From the IMG/VR virus record IMGVR_UViG_3300024308_000302, positions 226,158 through 290,157 of that record: a stretch of 64,000 bases of DNA; one strand, 5' to 3'. How positions within the stretch are numbered: position 1 is the first letter of the stretch; each line of letters begins with the position of its first letter. The notes under the pieces were generated by a model. The model made no database searches, had not been told where the DNA came from, and saw nothing but the letters and a program-made list of their open reading frames with translations. A program made the translations under genes and the position numbers. This document shows, piece by piece, positions 31,277 through 41,208 of the stretch.

Positions 31277-31377
31277 TTTCGATATGTAAATAATACGATA
31301 TTTATAAATTGTTGTCAATATTTTTTTTTTGACATTTATTTAAAATTGGTAGAATGTTAAAAAACAAATAGTTATTT

Positions 31378-32115
31378 ATGAAAAAATGGCAAATATTTGA
31401 ACAAGATTGTTTAAATCACCTTATAAAAAATAATAATGACACAACAAAAAAGTATACATCAAAAGGTTCTTCGGATTCTACCCTTTCTGATATCCAAGTA
31501 ATAGTTAATGATAACATCTCATATTATATAGAAGCTAAAATGCCAAAATCACAATGTGGGCAATTTGTATTATTGAAAAATGAATATAATGATTTCTATT
31601 ATAGCGAAAAAAATAAATTGAATATTAATGATTTTTCAAAAAAAATAATTGATTATATAAACAAGAACAAACTTAATGAAATTAATCAAAAGAATATTCC
31701 ATTAAATTTAGATCAAGATTTAATTATTGATTATATTATTGAACATTATAAAGAAAAACAAGTTAAATATATAATAAGCCGAAAAAAAGATAAATATGAT
31801 TTAATTCCATTAATACATTCAGAATTAAAAGAAAAGTTTGAATTTAGTGGAACATTGAGAATGAAAAAGAGTGGTTCCAGAGATTTAACCAAAGCACTTG
31901 AAGAGAACTTAATAGATTACATAAAAGATTGTTACATCAGTAAAGAAATTATTGATACAAAGACAATGTATAATTTAAATAAAGAAGGTGACTTCATAAT
32001 CAATGTAGATGGGTATGATTTATATTTCAAACAACAAGAGAATAAAAAATACATTGTAAGAGTCTTATCAAATACAAAAAATTATTGTGTTATATTTTCA
32101 CTTAATTTAAAATAA
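31378..32115 (+). CDS. putative PD-(D/E)XK endonuclease
   Basis: WQIFE..SDIQV..YIEAK..QCGQF. Confidence 0.55.
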   Translation: MKKWQIFEQDCLNHLIKNNNDTTKKYTSKGSSDSTLSDIQVIVNDNISYYIEAKMPKSQCGQFVLLKNEYNDFYYSEKNKLNINDFSKKIIDYINKNKLNEINQKNIPLNLDQDLIIDYIIEHYKEKQVKYIISRKKDKYDLIPLIHSELKEKFEFSGTLRMKKSGSRDLTKALEENLIDYIKDCYISKEIIDTKTMYNLNKEGDFIINVDGYDLYFKQQENKKYIVRVLSNTKNYCVIFSLNLK

Positions 32116-32127
32116 AAAAAGAGCCAA

Positions 32128-32283
32128 TTAAGGCTCTTCTCCATCTGTAAATACAATATGTGGTTTATCTTTCAATTCTTTAGATCCAAGAGGATAGATT
32201 TCGATTGGTTTAGATTCAAGAATACATTGTAAAACATGGTCTACTTCTTCTTGAGTAAGCTGGCCTGATTGATCTCGAAACAT
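32128..32283 (-). CDS. small hypothetical protein (51 aa), not in ORF track
   Basis: AGGAGG RBS; MFRDQSGQLTQEEVDHVLQ..EEP*. Confidence 0.7.
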   Translation of the reverse strand: MFRDQSGQLTQEEVDHVLQCILESKPIEIYPLGSKELKDKPHIVFTDGEEP

Positions 32284-32422
32284 TAGGTATCCTCCTGATT
32301 ATTAAGGTGTCATTATACAATATAATCGTAATTTGTACAAGATTTTTTTAAAGCCCAACAAGTTAAAGATTTGAACACTAATAAAATGAGTGTTATATTA
32401 TAATAAAACAATAATAAAAAAT

Positions 32423-33460
32423 ATGAAGTTCAATAAAATAGCAATAGCTATTGGTCTTTTATCAATCTATGGAGTATCGAATGCTGCATATACAGTAAAG
32501 TTTCCATTAGAATACAATTCAATAAATATAATTGACCAATCAGGCAATAATGGTGGAACACCAACAGAGCCAGAAGTACCAATAGAAGAAAAACCACTTG
32601 CTGAAATGACTACTGTACATGCTCCAACAGAAGTATTTATAAACCATCCATTTGAAATGGCAATATCAGGGATAAATGCCTCAAAATACAAAATAAGAAG
32701 CAATAGTAATGCGTCAGGAATAACAACTAATGGTGTGGAATTTACCAATACTTCTAATTATGAGATAACTCCAACACAGCCGGGTTCATATGAATATTCA
32801 GTAACTGCGATAAATGAAGATGGAAAAGAATCATCAAGTATAAACGTATACGTCCAAGCAGAAGGATTACCAACTGTCAGTGATATAAAAATTAATAATA
32901 CAGAAAAATTCTTGCATACAGCGAAAGGAAGTTCATTGAGCCTATCAGCAAATGTATCTAATGGCTCACACCTTGTTGAAAATGTACCAGACAATGCAAC
33001 AACTGATCCGGGTGAATACACTTATACAATCTATTCTGAAAAAACATTAAATGGAGTTACCGAAAAATCAGTTACAAATAATTTCGTTGTAGCAACTGGT
33101 ACAATGTTTAAAATGACAATAGGTAGATACAATAATGGTACTAATGATCTTGCTGGTTATATGGATACAACGAAGTTCCCAACATATACAACCAATGCTG
33201 TAGGTTCATTATCTATTGACAATATCGATCAGAATAAGATTTTACATGTTTATCAAAGCGTAAATGGTGGGTCTGTAATGTTTGGTTTTGATCCAAATTC
33301 ACCAAACGGTTTCTTTGCTGGAGGAAAAATATGGCTTCAAAATGTTCTGTGTGGACAAACAACCACATCATATACATCTACAGTTGATACCTATCTATTC
33401 GCTGGTTGTAGTTTAAGAATAGGGCCAAATATAGGACAAGAAATTAAGATTTACTATTAA
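32423..33460 (+). CDS. secreted beta-rich (Ig-like) protein with YxVxxPLE motif
   Basis: signal peptide; YTVKFPLEYNSINI; TPTEPEVP; two PGxYxY repeats. Confidence 0.75.
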   Translation: MKFNKIAIAIGLLSIYGVSNAAYTVKFPLEYNSINIIDQSGNNGGTPTEPEVPIEEKPLAEMTTVHAPTEVFINHPFEMAISGINASKYKIRSNSNASGITTNGVEFTNTSNYEITPTQPGSYEYSVTAINEDGKESSSINVYVQAEGLPTVSDIKINNTEKFLHTAKGSSLSLSANVSNGSHLVENVPDNATTDPGEYTYTIYSEKTLNGVTEKSVTNNFVVATGTMFKMTIGRYNNGTNDLAGYMDTTKFPTYTTNAVGSLSIDNIDQNKILHVYQSVNGGSVMFGFDPNSPNGFFAGGKIWLQNVLCGQTTTSYTSTVDTYLFAGCSLRIGPNIGQEIKIYY

Positions 33461-33501
33461 TTGAAAATAAAAAACTCTGCTCGAAAGAACAGAGTTTCTT
33501 T

Positions 33502-34335
33502 TTAATCATCTTCATCTGTTTCTTTAGTATAACTACGGCGAGAAATACCAGTGATAAGCATTAGTTCATCTGGTTCATCATTCATAGTATAAACACTAAC
33601 ACCATCAAGATTACCAGTATTCACATAGCCACTTTGTTCATAAATGACATTCATCATCTCACTCCATTTTTCACCACTAATAGTTGAATAATTGAAGTCT
33701 TCAAGCCATCGACCTGAACGTAAAATCCATCCAATAAATTCTGTCTTCCAAAAAACAAGAACTTGAACATTACCATATTTATCATTTGAATCAATATCTT
33801 CCCAAACAATACGTAATTCTAAACATTCAGGCTGATTAGCATTATCATTAAAGAAATCAGATAATGTTTTTTGTTTTGAACCATATTTATTGTATTTTAC
33901 GTTTTCCAAACTAAAGAATTCAAAAAATGCTTCTTCAAGATAAGAAAAATCAGCATCAGAAAGTTTAGGCTGATTAATAGCTTCTTCCCATGAAACTTTT
34001 CTAACATAGATAGGCTTAACATCAGATGTCTGCACAATCAGAGTTTTTTCAATAAAATAAATTTCTTGTGTCGGAGCAAAATGCATGTGATTTGTAATCT
34101 GTTTATAAACCAAAGAAGAACCGATTTGGTCAGAACCTTGTTGATCACATTCATTTGCAAAACCTACTAATACTTTATATGCATCATCAATGTAATAAGG
34201 ATGAAAAACAAGCAATTTATAGGACGCAAGGTTACGGTTGAAACGTTTTTGATCTTCATGCGAAGTTGTTTCAACTGTTTTTTTCAAATTATGAACAAAA
34301 AATTCTTCAATTGATTGAATATGACTAGAAGACAT
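33502..34335 (-). CDS. hypothetical protein
   Basis: 277 aa, TAATG coupling to upstream gene. Confidence 0.8.
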   Translation of the reverse strand: MSSSHIQSIEEFFVHNLKKTVETTSHEDQKRFNRNLASYKLLVFHPYYIDDAYKVLVGFANECDQQGSDQIGSSLVYKQITNHMHFAPTQEIYFIEKTLIVQTSDVKPIYVRKVSWEEAINQPKLSDADFSYLEEAFFEFFSLENVKYNKYGSKQKTLSDFFNDNANQPECLELRIVWEDIDSNDKYGNVQVLVFWKTEFIGWILRSGRWLEDFNYSTISGEKWSEMMNVIYEQSGYVNTGNLDGVSVYTMNDEPDELMLITGISRRSYTKETDEDD

Positions 34336-34598
34336 TAAATATCTTCCATCTGGTTAAATACTGCTTGATCAAAGTTACCCAAGCGTTCACGATAAACCTT
34401 TTCACACAAGGCAGCAAATAGACGTTTAGGCATATTGATAGATGTCACTTCTGCTTTCATATTACAACCCGGACACATGAAATGTGCAGATGGCGGATAA
34501 GTTTTGGAATCTTTGAAATCTTTCATATTGCTGGTGCGTACAACAGCATTACAATGATTACATTGTACTTCCATTACTTCTTGGCTGACAAGTTCCAT
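34335..34598 (-). CDS. small zinc-ribbon protein
   Basis: CNHC..CPGC. Confidence 0.7.
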   Translation of the reverse strand: MELVSQEVMEVQCNHCNAVVRTSNMKDFKDSKTYPPSAHFMCPGCNMKAEVTSINMPKRLFAALCEKVYRERLGNFDQAVFNQMEDI

Positions 34599-34677
34599 GA
34601 TTAACACCTCTGATAAATTTCAAGCATTATACCAAAACTAAAAAAAAATAGCTATTCATTTAAAAAGATGACCTCGA

Positions 34678-35220
34678 TTAGTCATCAGAATTTCGACCAC
34701 TACCAGAAGAACGAGAATCAGAGTCTGAACCTGAATCTGAGACACTTGACCAAAAAATATCAGTATTCACATCACCACTGCGACGCTTAGTAGAATCAGC
34801 AGATGACCTTGAGCCAGATTTTGGTGTAATATCAGTGGCATAACGATTAGGATTGTTTAATACTTCAAGAGGAAACTTTTCATGAAACTCTTTTTTCTTT
34901 TGACGAATAAGCTCTTCGTCAGCTTGACGTTTTTCAAGATTTTCACGAAGATCTCTGATAGCTTTATAAAAGAATTTATAAGTTGAATTATCAAGATATT
35001 TATCATTAAATGAAATTTTACCACTAGCAGCATCATGAACAATTACGTATGGATCTATTTTGTAATAAGTATGAGTCGGGCCATCAATAGTTAATTTGGT
35101 TCCATCAAATTTAAAGTTAAATTCAATAGTAGAAAACATCTGATAAGTTTTACCTTCTTTCAAACTTCTGCAAATACTATGCAAATTGTCAGTAAAGTCA
35201 TTTCTAAAAAATTTGAACAT
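34678..35220 (-). CDS. hypothetical protein with Ser/Asp-rich tail
   Basis: AGGAG RBS before MFKFF. Confidence 0.75.
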   Translation of the reverse strand: MFKFFRNDFTDNLHSICRSLKEGKTYQMFSTIEFNFKFDGTKLTIDGPTHTYYKIDPYVIVHDAASGKISFNDKYLDNSTYKFFYKAIRDLRENLEKRQADEELIRQKKKEFHEKFPLEVLNNPNRYATDITPKSGSRSSADSTKRRSGDVNTDIFWSSVSDSGSDSDSRSSGSGRNSDD

Positions 35221-35297
35221 GAGATAATCTCCTATTTTGCAAAGATTATACGCAACAAAATAGAAATTACAAGAAATAAAAAATCCGCCGAAGCGGA

Positions 35298-35870
35298 TTA
35301 AGAAAACAGACCAAACAAGCCAGCTACAGCACTCGCTCCACCAATAATGTCCCAAGCATCAATCTCTGAAGATTCATTTTTAGAACGGGTGTAGGATTGG
35401 CGACGTGGCTTTGAAAAGCCCATAAGACTTGGAGAAACAACAATAGAGATCCAGATACTATTATCACTATTTTTTGGATCTTTAAAGTAACCAATAAGAA
35501 CAAATTCTTGATTATAATTACTTGCTCCATTCAGGAAAGTGATAGGGTTTTCTGTGTCATTATCAACGATTTGACGTTTCAGAGAGTCAGGAAGAGCTTT
35601 GAACCCACAAGAAAAGAATAGCTCTAGATAATCAATGTATTTTTTATTGATAAGGGATGTTGGAATACTTTCAGCATAGGCATACATAGCAACAATATTA
35701 TTACTATTACCACCAATAACAAAATCAATATCACCCTTTTTCAAGCGAAAAGGATTCTTCAAAAACTTATTACTATCAAGTTTTTCATAAGAATAACCAG
35801 CTTCTATCATTTTGTCATAAACAGTACGAGAAGCAAGGCCAGTAGTAACACCAGAAATCCGAATGCACAT
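35298..35870 (-). CDS. hypothetical protein with C-terminal hydrophobic anchor
   Basis: ends IIGGASAVAGLFGLFS. Confidence 0.7.
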   Translation of the reverse strand: MCIRISGVTTGLASRTVYDKMIEAGYSYEKLDSNKFLKNPFRLKKGDIDFVIGGNSNNIVAMYAYAESIPTSLINKKYIDYLELFFSCGFKALPDSLKRQIVDNDTENPITFLNGASNYNQEFVLIGYFKDPKNSDNSIWISIVVSPSLMGFSKPRRQSYTRSKNESSEIDAWDIIGGASAVAGLFGLFS

Positions 35871-35967
35871 GATTACACTCCAAATATTATCTAATTCAGA
35901 TGTTGATAATAACAAAAAAATGAATAAATATCAAGAAAAGCTTTTAAAATAAATAATAAAAAGGAGA

Positions 35968-36153
35968 TCAAAGATCTCCATAATTATAAACAACTAAGCC
36001 TTCTGTGATTGGTAGAATTTCGAGTTCACCACCTTCGCTGTAGTTTTGCAAGCCTCGCATTTGAGAACGTGCATCTTCTTCATTTCGAGCAATAACAACA
36101 ATCATTCCAGCCCAACCACAATCCAGCACATACAACATCAATTCGTTATTCAT
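35968..36153 (-). CDS. small hypothetical protein
   Basis: 61 aa, GAGGA RBS. Confidence 0.7.
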   Translation of the reverse strand: MNNELMLYVLDCGWAGMIVVIARNEEDARSQMRGLQNYSEGGELEILPITEGLVVYNYGDL

Positions 36154-36209
36154 AGTAATATCCTCTTAGTTAATCTACTGATCAGATACTTGAATAACTA
36201 TTTTACAGC

Positions 36210-36452
36210 TTACTTTACCAAGAAACGTTTACCTAACAGAACTTCAATAGCTTCTTCTTTAGGAATATCCATTTCGAAATTATTGGCTGCAGCCATTTTT
36301 TCAAATTGTGCAACAGAATCGTTATGCAAATCTTCAATGCTTTTGTATGGGCCTGAAAAAGTGTTTGCAACACCATTATTTTCAATAGCCTTCTCATAAT
36401 CACTTAGCCAAAGGCGAGCGACAATGACATACTCTGAAACCTTCTGATTCAT
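36210..36452 (-). CDS. small hypothetical protein
   Basis: 80 aa. Confidence 0.7.
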   Translation of the reverse strand: MNQKVSEYVIVARLWLSDYEKAIENNGVANTFSGPYKSIEDLHNDSVAQFEKMAAANNFEMDIPKEEAIEVLLGKRFLVK

Positions 36453-36455
36453 ATC

Positions 36456-36671
36456 TTATTCCTCTTCATCAATCAATGAAACATCAAAATCACCACCACG
36501 AAGAATTGAAAACATATGAGCTACAGAAGAAGCATGATTAGCCTCAATTAAACCTTCTTCTTTAGCGATACTCAATAGAGTGTCATACAACTCATCGTCA
36601 TTTAATTTAGAACTCACCAAATAAGTCTTTGATGATGCATCATATTGATAAGACATAACAATCACCTTCAT
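36456..36671 (-). CDS. small hypothetical protein
   Basis: 71 aa. Confidence 0.65.
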   Translation of the reverse strand: MKVIVMSYQYDASSKTYLVSSKLNDDELYDTLLSIAKEEGLIEANHASSVAHMFSILRGGDFDVSLIDEEE

Positions 36672-36751
36672 TCAAAATAGATGCATATGATAGCAAAATT
36701 ATGATAAAACTACAAGTGTTTTATAAAAAAGCCACCATGTGGTGGCTAATA

Positions 36752-37042
36752 TTATTTGTACAGAGAAGATACAGAAAATTGGTCATCTACAGCATTTGAA
36801 TTCTTGACTGCATAATACAAACGAACACAATCACTGAATGGACTTACTGTATGCTCTTTAGAGATAATGAACTCAAAAAGACTTTGTTCATCAAACTCTG
36901 GATTTAGATTTCCATCCTGATCGAACAATACTCGATGGAATGCAACTTGTTCTTCATCCTGAACATTGTGGTAATGCGGATCATAATGTTGAAGAATGAA
37001 ATTTCCACTTTCGTTAAATACTTCATTAAAAAGCTTATTCAT
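36752..37042 (-). CDS. hypothetical protein
   Basis: AAGGAG RBS before MNKLF (track start lies inside the tRNA). Confidence 0.75.
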   Translation of the reverse strand: MNKLFNEVFNESGNFILQHYDPHYHNVQDEEQVAFHRVLFDQDGNLNPEFDEQSLFEFIISKEHTVSPFSDCVRLYYAVKNSNAVDDQFSVSSLYK

Positions 37043-37087
37043 GTTTTTTCTCCTTTGGATTTTCTGTCCATTAGATTTAGCTGAATA

Positions 37088-37171
37088 TGGTGCCCGGAGC
37101 CGGACTCGAACCGGCACGACTTTCGTCGGAAGATTTTAAGTCTTCTGTGTCTACCATTTCACCATCCGGGC
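37088..37171 (-). tRNA. tRNA-Leu(TAA)
   Basis: GCCCGGA acceptor, GAAGA-CTTAAAA-TCTTC, long variable arm, CCA. Confidence 0.95.
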
Positions 37172-37223
37172 GATGTATGCCAGTGATTATACAGAAGGCA
37201 TACCAATTAGTAAAGCATTTTTA

Positions 37224-37679
37224 TCAAGAATTTTCCCACAACGATTTATCAACAAACATAGTGCCATTGTGAACATCAACCAGACCAACAAAGCTAAGAC
37301 CTACAGCAGACTGGTCAAACAAAACTCGACTGACTTTCAGAGTGTCACCACGAGAAACATTTTGAACACGAATTGATTCTACTTGAGATTCATTGCCGAT
37401 GCCAGTAAAAACAACTTCTTGACCAACACTAAAATTGTGACGGAACCAATATTCCGCTTCAACAAAAAGCTCTGCATTATACTGACCAACAAGTTCGTTA
37501 AAAGTAAGTTCCATTTTATCAGTGATAATAACGTCCTTCACTGTAAGTCGATCTCCATATTTGACAAGATCATCAACCTCAATACGCTGGCATTCATCCA
37601 AATGCTTGCTTGATGAAGTGTAAATAACACTCATACCAGAGGTAATAAGAGGTGCGTTAAGTAAAAGATCTTTGTTCAT
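37224..37679 (-). CDS. hypothetical protein, possible internal two-fold repeat
   Basis: GDRLTV / GDTLKV. Confidence 0.7.
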   Translation of the reverse strand: MNKDLLLNAPLITSGMSVIYTSSSKHLDECQRIEVDDLVKYGDRLTVKDVIITDKMELTFNELVGQYNAELFVEAEYWFRHNFSVGQEVVFTGIGNESQVESIRVQNVSRGDTLKVSRVLFDQSAVGLSFVGLVDVHNGTMFVDKSLWENS

Positions 37680-37837
37680 AATTGCTCCATGTGTAAATTT
37701 CTAAGATGATTCATTTTAACAAAAAAAAATAATTTAGACAACCTTTATATCAAATATATGGACATAAATAGGCATATTTAAAGAAAAAAGAGAAATAAAT
37801 ATACATATTAGAAAAAAAACAATCGCTCCTGCGGTTG

Positions 37838-38296
37838 TTATTTATTTTCATATTCTTTTTTTAGTTTTAAATAGAGTTCGTGTTTTTCTTTTTCCTTCTG
37901 CTTCATATCTGCTCTAATTTTGTCAGCAGCCGCAAGGATTTCTTCTTGTGTAAGATCTTGGTTAATAGTGATATCGACAGTATCAAGGCTATATTTGCCA
38001 GAGTTTAGAGTATGATTATTACTTGTTACACCATTAACGTTATAAATATAATGATTTTTCAGATCATAATATCTACAGGTATCACAAAGAAACTTTATAT
38101 GAGTTCGAAATACTTTAGATCCATCAGAAGTCTCACCAACTAAAACAGGATTTTTAAAGCTATTTGCATTATATTCATTGATTGATTGAACAAGTTGATC
38201 TCGTTCTTTTTTCTCTTGTGCAATTTCTTGCTCCCTATCATATTGACATGCTGTCAGAGTTAAAACAGCCAACATAGAAAAAATAATCTTTTTCAT
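37838..38296 (-). CDS. lipoprotein
   Basis: lipobox LTAC. Confidence 0.75.
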   Translation of the reverse strand: MKKIIFSMLAVLTLTACQYDREQEIAQEKKERDQLVQSINEYNANSFKNPVLVGETSDGSKVFRTHIKFLCDTCRYYDLKNHYIYNVNGVTSNNHTLNSGKYSLDTVDITINQDLTQEEILAAADKIRADMKQKEKEKHELYLKLKKEYENK

Positions 38297-38529
38297 AAAA
38301 TCTCCATAAGTATATTCAACTAATTATATTGAAAAAATAAAAAAATCAATCATCATAAGAACATTTCCAACCACCCCATCCAGGGTCCATGCCGGGCATG
38401 GTAGGTCCACAACTGATATCAGAGCCTTTTTTTCGTTGTTCTTCAAGATATCGCCTGCTTTCTTCTGCACGTTTAGCACATTCTTTAGGATTGTTAATAC
38501 ACCATTCTTTTTTTGCACTATCTATATAT

Positions 38530-40378
38530 ATGAACTACTCCGCCCTGAAGGACGAAGTTTCTTGGTTCGGAACCAAGTCTTCTCGCTGACGTTCATTGTC
38601 AACTTCAAATAAAGCTATCAGCTTCATTCGCACGGTTTCTCTTTTCATCTTTCTTGGCACGTATTGGCCATTTTTTAACTCATGAAAAGCTAATCGAAGA
38701 ACTTCTTCGAATATTCTGTTTCTTATATTCTTGCAAGCATTATTATCTGCATCATCTATATGACCACATGCATTACAAGTAAAACTTCTTCCTTTTCTAA
38801 CTGTATGCTCCACGCATTTACAGTTAGAACAAGTTTTAGAAGTATAGCTTGGTGTGGTCAGATGAACTCTGATGCCTTTGTTATTGGCTTGCTCTTTAAA
38901 CCAATCTTTGATACTTGAAAGTCTCAATAATCTAATTAACTTTGAATATTTTACATTCAAAGTTTCATCTTTAATAAAAGAAGCTTTACATTGAGACAAA
39001 TTCAAATCTTCAAGTACAATATCGGTAATGCCATTTTTAATTAAGTCTTTTAATATTGTCGATATTAAAGACTTGAAATGGAATTCAACACCTAATAATA
39101 GTTTATTGAATTTCTTTTGTTCTATTGTTGATAATTGTTTGAATCCTTTGTTCTCAAAGGATTTTAATTTTTCTACAATTGCTTCTATATAACTTCTATC
39201 ATAATCTTTAAGTTCTTCACGATCATGAAAAGCAATTGTACAAAAATTAGAAGCAACATTTAAATCAATACCACAAATTTGTTTTTTATTTATAACACTA
39301 TCTTTTTCTAATGGTTTAAAATATTCTTTATCATCTTCATAAGTCAAACCAATATCAAGATGATTTTTGCTATTCAAACGGACAGTATGAATAGCATTAA
39401 GGTTAAAATTGTTTATATTTTGGTGATATTTAGAATTGAAGGCTAAAGGAACATGAATGTGTTCCTTACCAATTCTAAAATTATACCAATATTTATACTC
39501 ATTTGATTCATCAATATAAATATGAGAATGTTTAGTTTGACCAATTTGTGGTATTTTCATGTAAGAGCCAGTTGAATATACAATTGGCTCTTTCATATAT
39601 GACAATATTCTTTGTTTTCTATTTATAAGTAATTGTCTAACTCTATTCCAATAAGGTTTTTTCCTTAATGCTTCAATGCTGTTATTGAAATCAATAACAG
39701 ATTGAAGTTTGAGAGGATCTTTAACTTCTAAAGACTTTAATGAAGAATCAAGGCTTGATTCTTCAATAAACATCAACCAGTTCATTATTTTAGTTAAAGA
39801 AGAATTTCTTGAAATAAAGGTGGTGTCTTTGACATCTCCTTTTTTATGTAAAATTTGACCATCTTTTGAAGTTACATTACGTTTATAGTAAGTAATTTTA
39901 AATTCTTTTTGGAGAATAAACTTATTGTTCGAAATAAGTTTATCCATCCAATTAGAATAGAAGTCCATAGATTGATGAAATATTTTTTGAATTTCCCAAG
40001 AATAGAGATTAGGGGTTTTAAATTGCTTAAAACGAGAAGCCAGAACTTTTTTAGAATCTTCATTACAAAGCATTGCTTTGTGATTGAAGATATAGTATGA
40101 AATATTGTTTTTAAAGTTTTTAACAAAATCAAAATGTTGGATCAGGGTATTTTTCTTCTTATGATTGAGAATCGACGAAGAAGAAATACGTTTAGTTTTG
40201 ATATTTTTTTTATCAGAAGATCCAAAAGCCATAAGATTCCTTAAAATATATGCTTGCAAATTATAGACCAAGAGAAATAAAAAAGCAAGCAAAAAATGTA
40301 AGAAATCAAAAAAGAAGTAAATTTTTATCCCCGACCTGAAGGAAGAGGTTTTAAATTTTATAATTTGATTTCAATAGG
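38530..40378 (-). mobile_element. tnpB-only IS200/IS605-family element (IS1341-like)
   Basis: subterminal hairpins aaaacctcttccttcaggtcgggga (LE) and gaaacttcgtccttcagggcggag (RE); inserted 3' of TTAT, ends TCAT; no TSD; no tnpA. Confidence 0.85.
38535..40232 (-). CDS. tnpB: TnpB RNA-guided endonuclease (565 aa)
   Basis: RuvC GIDLN / LEDL / DADNNA; YTSKTCSNC..CNACG zinc finger. Confidence 0.9.
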   Translation of the reverse strand: MAFGSSDKKNIKTKRISSSSILNHKKKNTLIQHFDFVKNFKNNISYYIFNHKAMLCNEDSKKVLASRFKQFKTPNLYSWEIQKIFHQSMDFYSNWMDKLISNNKFILQKEFKITYYKRNVTSKDGQILHKKGDVKDTTFISRNSSLTKIMNWLMFIEESSLDSSLKSLEVKDPLKLQSVIDFNNSIEALRKKPYWNRVRQLLINRKQRILSYMKEPIVYSTGSYMKIPQIGQTKHSHIYIDESNEYKYWYNFRIGKEHIHVPLAFNSKYHQNINNFNLNAIHTVRLNSKNHLDIGLTYEDDKEYFKPLEKDSVINKKQICGIDLNVASNFCTIAFHDREELKDYDRSYIEAIVEKLKSFENKGFKQLSTIEQKKFNKLLLGVEFHFKSLISTILKDLIKNGITDIVLEDLNLSQCKASFIKDETLNVKYSKLIRLLRLSSIKDWFKEQANNKGIRVHLTTPSYTSKTCSNCKCVEHTVRKGRSFTCNACGHIDDADNNACKNIRNRIFEEVLRLAFHELKNGQYVPRKMKRETVRMKLIALFEVDNERQREDLVPNQETSSFRAE

Positions 40379-40438
40379 ATAAAAAGAGCAATAAAACCAC
40401 AAATAAATAAAACAATTAGAACCGATGTAACGATTTTG

Positions 40439-41194
40439 TTAGTCATTTGCCATATCCACATTGACATTTGAAGTCAAAGAAAAATTGATAATTTTTTCAA
40501 GTTTTTCACAATTATCAATTTGTGCAAGATAATTTTCTAACTTATAAAAAACAGCTTCTTGCACTGCAAAATTCATTTTTTGTTCTTGAAGATCTTTGTC
40601 AATAATGCTTCTAATTTTCTCTTTGAAAAAGGCAAGACGTTGAGTATTAAAAGTTTCTTCTTTTACTTTTTTATTTGCAAAAAAACATTTAATTTTTGAA
40701 ATAAAATTTTGATGATTGTTTTCAATTGAGGGATATTTAATTTTAATTTTACCAGAGTCAGAAAACCAATTCCATGAAATATTAGTAATTTTCCATTCTT
40801 CTTTGAAAAAAGCATCCATGTATTCTTTTTTAATAATGTCATCAAAGAAATAATCAACAACTTTTTCATCAGTATCATAATAAAGATTAAGAGGGCCTTC
40901 AAAATTATGAGAAATTCCCAAGAACTCTGTTTTAAATGCAATACCAAAAAAGATTGCAATTTCTGGGCTGTTAAAAGGAAGATTACAAGAATGAGTTTTA
41001 TTAAACGGATTCGAAAATGCCTCAAAGCTTTTATCAATAAGTTTTAATGGAGATTCAGTCCAAGAAAAAGAAGGATATTGTTTTGATGGATCTTTTTGCA
41101 AAGATCTAAAGGCTTTTTGAGCATTAGCAATAGCATTTTCTTGCAAACAAATGAGATCTTTTTTAGCTGGTGAAACATATTCATGTTTAAACAT
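40439..41194 (-). CDS. hypothetical protein
   Basis: ~251 aa, AAGGA RBS. Confidence 0.75.
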   Translation of the reverse strand: MFKHEYVSPAKKDLICLQENAIANAQKAFRSLQKDPSKQYPSFSWTESPLKLIDKSFEAFSNPFNKTHSCNLPFNSPEIAIFFGIAFKTEFLGISHNFEGPLNLYYDTDEKVVDYFFDDIIKKEYMDAFFKEEWKITNISWNWFSDSGKIKIKYPSIENNHQNFISKIKCFFANKKVKEETFNTQRLAFFKEKIRSIIDKDLQEQKMNFAVQEAVFYKLENYLAQIDNCEKLEKIINFSLTSNVNVDMAND

Positions 41195-41208
41195 GTTTGC
41201 GATCCTTA

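Larger units (their letters stand above)
38346..40446 (-). pseudogene. 83 aa membrane-anchored protein gene split by the IS (40446..40379 + 38529..38346)
   Basis: removing the IS restores MTNKIVTSVLIVLFICGFIALFIYIDSAKKEWCINNPKECA..GWGGWKCSYDD*. Confidence 0.8.

Noticed and set aside
31103-31318. 71 aa ORF, and 37087..37272
   Set aside because: They overlap tRNA genes.
34335-34598. Zinc-ribbon protein ending AVFNQMEDI* as a 15th carrier of the C-terminal motif
   Set aside because: It matches M-4 and I-1, but the protein is much smaller and -9 is Ala; it may be chance, so it was not counted.
38324-38518. 64 aa minus-strand ORF beside the IS
   Set aside because: Alternative frame of the interrupted gene's 3' half.
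38300-38530. CRISPR array next to the large TnpB (Cas12-like system)
   Set aside because: No repeat-spacer array seen; the flank is the 3' half of the interrupted gene and the IS ends are intact.
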